64,000 nucleotides of DNA from Nemertoderma westbladi (taxonomy: Eukaryota; Animalia; Xenacoelomorpha), in NCBI GenBank assembly GCA_032718475.1, contig JAUCBJ010008811.1, positions 1 to 64,000 on the forward strand, given 5' to 3'. Positions 61,684-64,000 of the stretch are shown one piece after another (position 1 is the first letter of the stretch; every line of letters starts with the position of its first letter). Made by a program: the position numbers and the translations under genes. The notes beneath the pieces are model-generated. The model was given only the letters and a program-made list of their open reading frames with translations, had not been told where the DNA came from and searched no databases.

Positions 61684-62903
61684 TTATTCGGTTATTATTT
61701 CCTTGGCTTCTGAAATAGATAGAAGAGCGTCATAGCTTGCCATTAATATAACGTTAATAGTGTTAACTAGCGCATTACTAAATTTCAGAATCAAATGTCC
61801 GCTTGTATGTATACTAGGTTGAATCTCATGGCTTTGATCGCCTCCGGCGGTAAGATCAAATACGATCAAAGGAAATTGGGTACGAAACCGTTCTGGTGTT
61901 AGCGAGCAAAATACGCCGCTCAAGCTCTTGAACACGTTCATTAAACTTTCGAATTCCAACATAAAATTGTTTTCCGGAAAGTTAGGGCGATATGGATACC
62001 CGTGTATAATACGGGAGTCGATGTTTAGTTCGGCATAATTTAAACCGAAATGGTTAAAATGTAGCGGATTACTGCTTAATTCCCCGTTGAAGCTGGCGTT
62101 GGTAAGCATTCCAATCAAAATATACTTAGGTAATTTCCCTTGGATTATGTTCGATTCTGTATAACTGGACTGCCCGCCACCAATAGTGAAGGTTTTCACT
62201 TCTTGTTTTAACAAGTTATAAATAAAGTCATTTTTTTGTGACCCCAACAAATGCGCACGCATAACCTCGGCATCAATCCTGTGGCGTTTTATTTTTAAAT
62301 TAATATTCATGATTTCAACTCTTGGGTTTACCAATCCTGCGGGGGGTTCAACTTTCAAAAAAAAATTATTCGATACTCGGTCTATACGAAGTCAAATGTT
62401 AATTCCTGGCGGCAGTAATTTGTCCTGGCTTGTTAGGTCTAAAAAAATTGGGGCCACAATGAATTTAACATAATTCCCGCGAACGTCATTCTCAGTAGCG
62501 ACTGGTACCCTGCCTAGATTATTATTTGTATCTTCATAACCGCCAGCTCTTAAAATACTGCGTTTTTCGTTAGCATCTGTCAGCAGTAATGTCTGAAACG
62601 TAGACTTATAGGCGTAGAACCCATTCGAGGTTTCAACTAGCTTTTCATTTAGGTATAACGAACAATTTTCAAATAGTGACCCACCGGGGTAATTGAGATG
62701 GTGGAGGGTTGTATCGTCGTTAGCCCTATTACCATCCCACGTAATTTTATATTTAATGTGAAATTTCGAATTCTTTAAATCAGTATATATTGCCTGGCAT
62801 TCGCATCAAGAGTAGAAATCGGGTAGATATCCAAAAAATGTGAAGATGTATATTCTCGCTGATTTGTTTTACTCGAGAATAATGATAATTCTAATTTACT
62901 CAT
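61684..62903 (-). pseudogene. Polinton/adintovirus major capsid protein (double jelly-roll), one frameshift and one stop
   Basis: MSKLELSLF...IYPISTL; SLFENCSLYLNEKLV...YAYKSTFQTLL; QDKLLPPGINI*; QGKLPKYILIGMLTNASFNGELSSNPLHFNHF; IVFDLT. Confidence 0.88.
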
Positions 62904-62910
62904 TGTTAAG

Positions 62911-63438
62911 TTACATAAAAATGTCGCGACATTTATTATTTCGCTTTTTACGTTTGCGCCCAACGTTCATACCCACACTTGGGTGTCGCCGTTTCCCGCT
63001 CCTCTTTTTTTTACTTTTCGGGTTTGTAAATTCATTGTATACCCGTTGGGCGATTTGGCGTGTCTTTGGATGAGGTTCTAACCGCGCGGCCACTTTATTT
63101 ATCAAATCATCTGCTTTACTGCGTAAAATACGTTTTCCTTCCGGTATTATGTATTTCCGCGCTACTCTTGCTGCTTTGGGGAGCGCTTTAGTTAGCACCT
63201 TTCTCCCTAACTTGCGCGCTAATATACCGAGGCCAGTTGTTAATATTCCGCGCCCACGCTGACGATTTTGGGTGTATTGCCGCCCGAATTTATTATTCTT
63301 ATTATTCCATATACCAGTAGATGGGCCAAACCCTGGGAGAATGCTTCCACCCTTAAAAACGGGTATATCACTATAATTCCCACTTCCCAGTTGGATTTGT
63401 GGGGCGCTATATAATTTAAACAAATTAGAATCTGACAT
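62911..63438 (-). CDS. Basic core/DNA-condensing protein candidate of the Polinton-like virus
   Basis: QLGSG, VFKGG and QRGRGIL motifs followed by an amphipathic helix; K/R-rich C-terminus; immediately upstream of MCP. Confidence 0.7.
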   Translation of the reverse strand: MSDSNLFKLYSAPQIQLGSGNYSDIPVFKGGSILPGFGPSTGIWNNKNNKFGRQYTQNRQRGRGILTTGLGILARKLGRKVLTKALPKAARVARKYIIPEGKRILRSKADDLINKVAARLEPHPKTRQIAQRVYNEFTNPKSKKKRSGKRRHPSVGMNVGRKRKKRNNKCRDIFM

Positions 63439-63560
63439 TATTATTATGAGTATTTATTATAACGTATAATAATAATTCTTTACTACATACGTATATGTGT
63501 AATCAACAAATAATATATGTACCACATAATAATACAATATAATTAATAAATATATATGCA

Positions 63561-63998
63561 TTAATTTGATGACAACCATTTCCCATAACCAACTGCGAGT
63601 TTCATAGAACAGTAATTAAAACAAGAATCTTTATCAGAATGGTAGGCACAATTTGTTATTCCCGAATAATCATGAAAAAGACATTTGGTGTCATAATCAA
63701 TATATTTTTCGTTTATGCCGTACGTTTCTAGAAGTGTTCCATTCACATTAAATTCATTTTTTAAAATAAATAATTTCGGTATTCTGCGTATTAATATTTG
63801 AAACCCCAACTGTTTTTTTTCTTGTAACCATTCCTGTATGTACATTTTAAATGCGCTTTGGTCCATAAATCCGTAGCCAAAATTAATGTGATGCGTAATA
63901 TTGGCGAGTTGTGTGAGACGATCGTATTCGCTTAAACTTATAATTTTTGCGGGTGGACCATTAATAAACCATACGTTTTCTAATGATTTGATGGTAGT
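63561..63998 (-). CDS. Hypothetical Polinton ORF, 5'-partial (open to the window edge)
   Basis: The frame of 63561-63866 stays open upstream (TTIKSLENVWFINGPPAK...) to the window end; co-oriented with the capsid module. Confidence 0.45.
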   Translation of the reverse strand, partial: TTIKSLENVWFINGPPAKIISLSEYDRLTQLANITHHINFGYGFMDQSAFKMYIQEWLQEKKQLGFQILIRRIPKLFILKNEFNVNGTLLETYGINEKYIDYDTKCLFHDYSGITNCAYHSDKDSCFNYCSMKLAVGYGKWLSSN

Positions 63999-64000
63999 AT

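Larger units (their letters stand above)
55600..64000. mobile_element. Degenerate endogenous Polinton/Maverick (adintovirus-like) element, running off the right edge; left boundary uncertain
   Basis: Co-located protein-primed PolB fragment, adenain protease, major capsid protein and basic QxGxG core protein. Confidence 0.88.

Overview
Repeat-rich eukaryotic DNA, most likely from an invertebrate animal. Host genes: KRR1, APIP/MtnB, two divergently oriented 3-domain gelsolin/severin-like paralogues (all four with uninterrupted CDSs) and two elongator tRNA-Met genes that alternate with a 21/26-bp satellite. A BEL/Pao LTR-retrotransposon derivative (gag-protease, with RT and integrase missing) and a 5'-truncated non-LTR retrotransposon both sit in that satellite. 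The ~4-kb region 3' of the BEL pol remnant has a diverged inverted copy at 1-4074 that encodes a triple zinc-knuckle protein. There are also CR1-like and CRE-like LINE relics, several MITEs (piggyBac-, hAT-, P-, Merlin-like and TA-target types) and 45-bp and 50-bp tandem arrays. The right end holds a degenerate endogenous Polinton/Maverick (adintovirus-like) element: truncated pPolB, adenain, major capsid protein and a basic core protein. Its polB fragment is bracketed by ~120-bp inverted repeats that contain a 5'-UTR intron, and its internal repeat motif resembles the adjacent 6-kb 50-bp satellite. All calls come from motif recognition and by-eye alignment; no searches were run.
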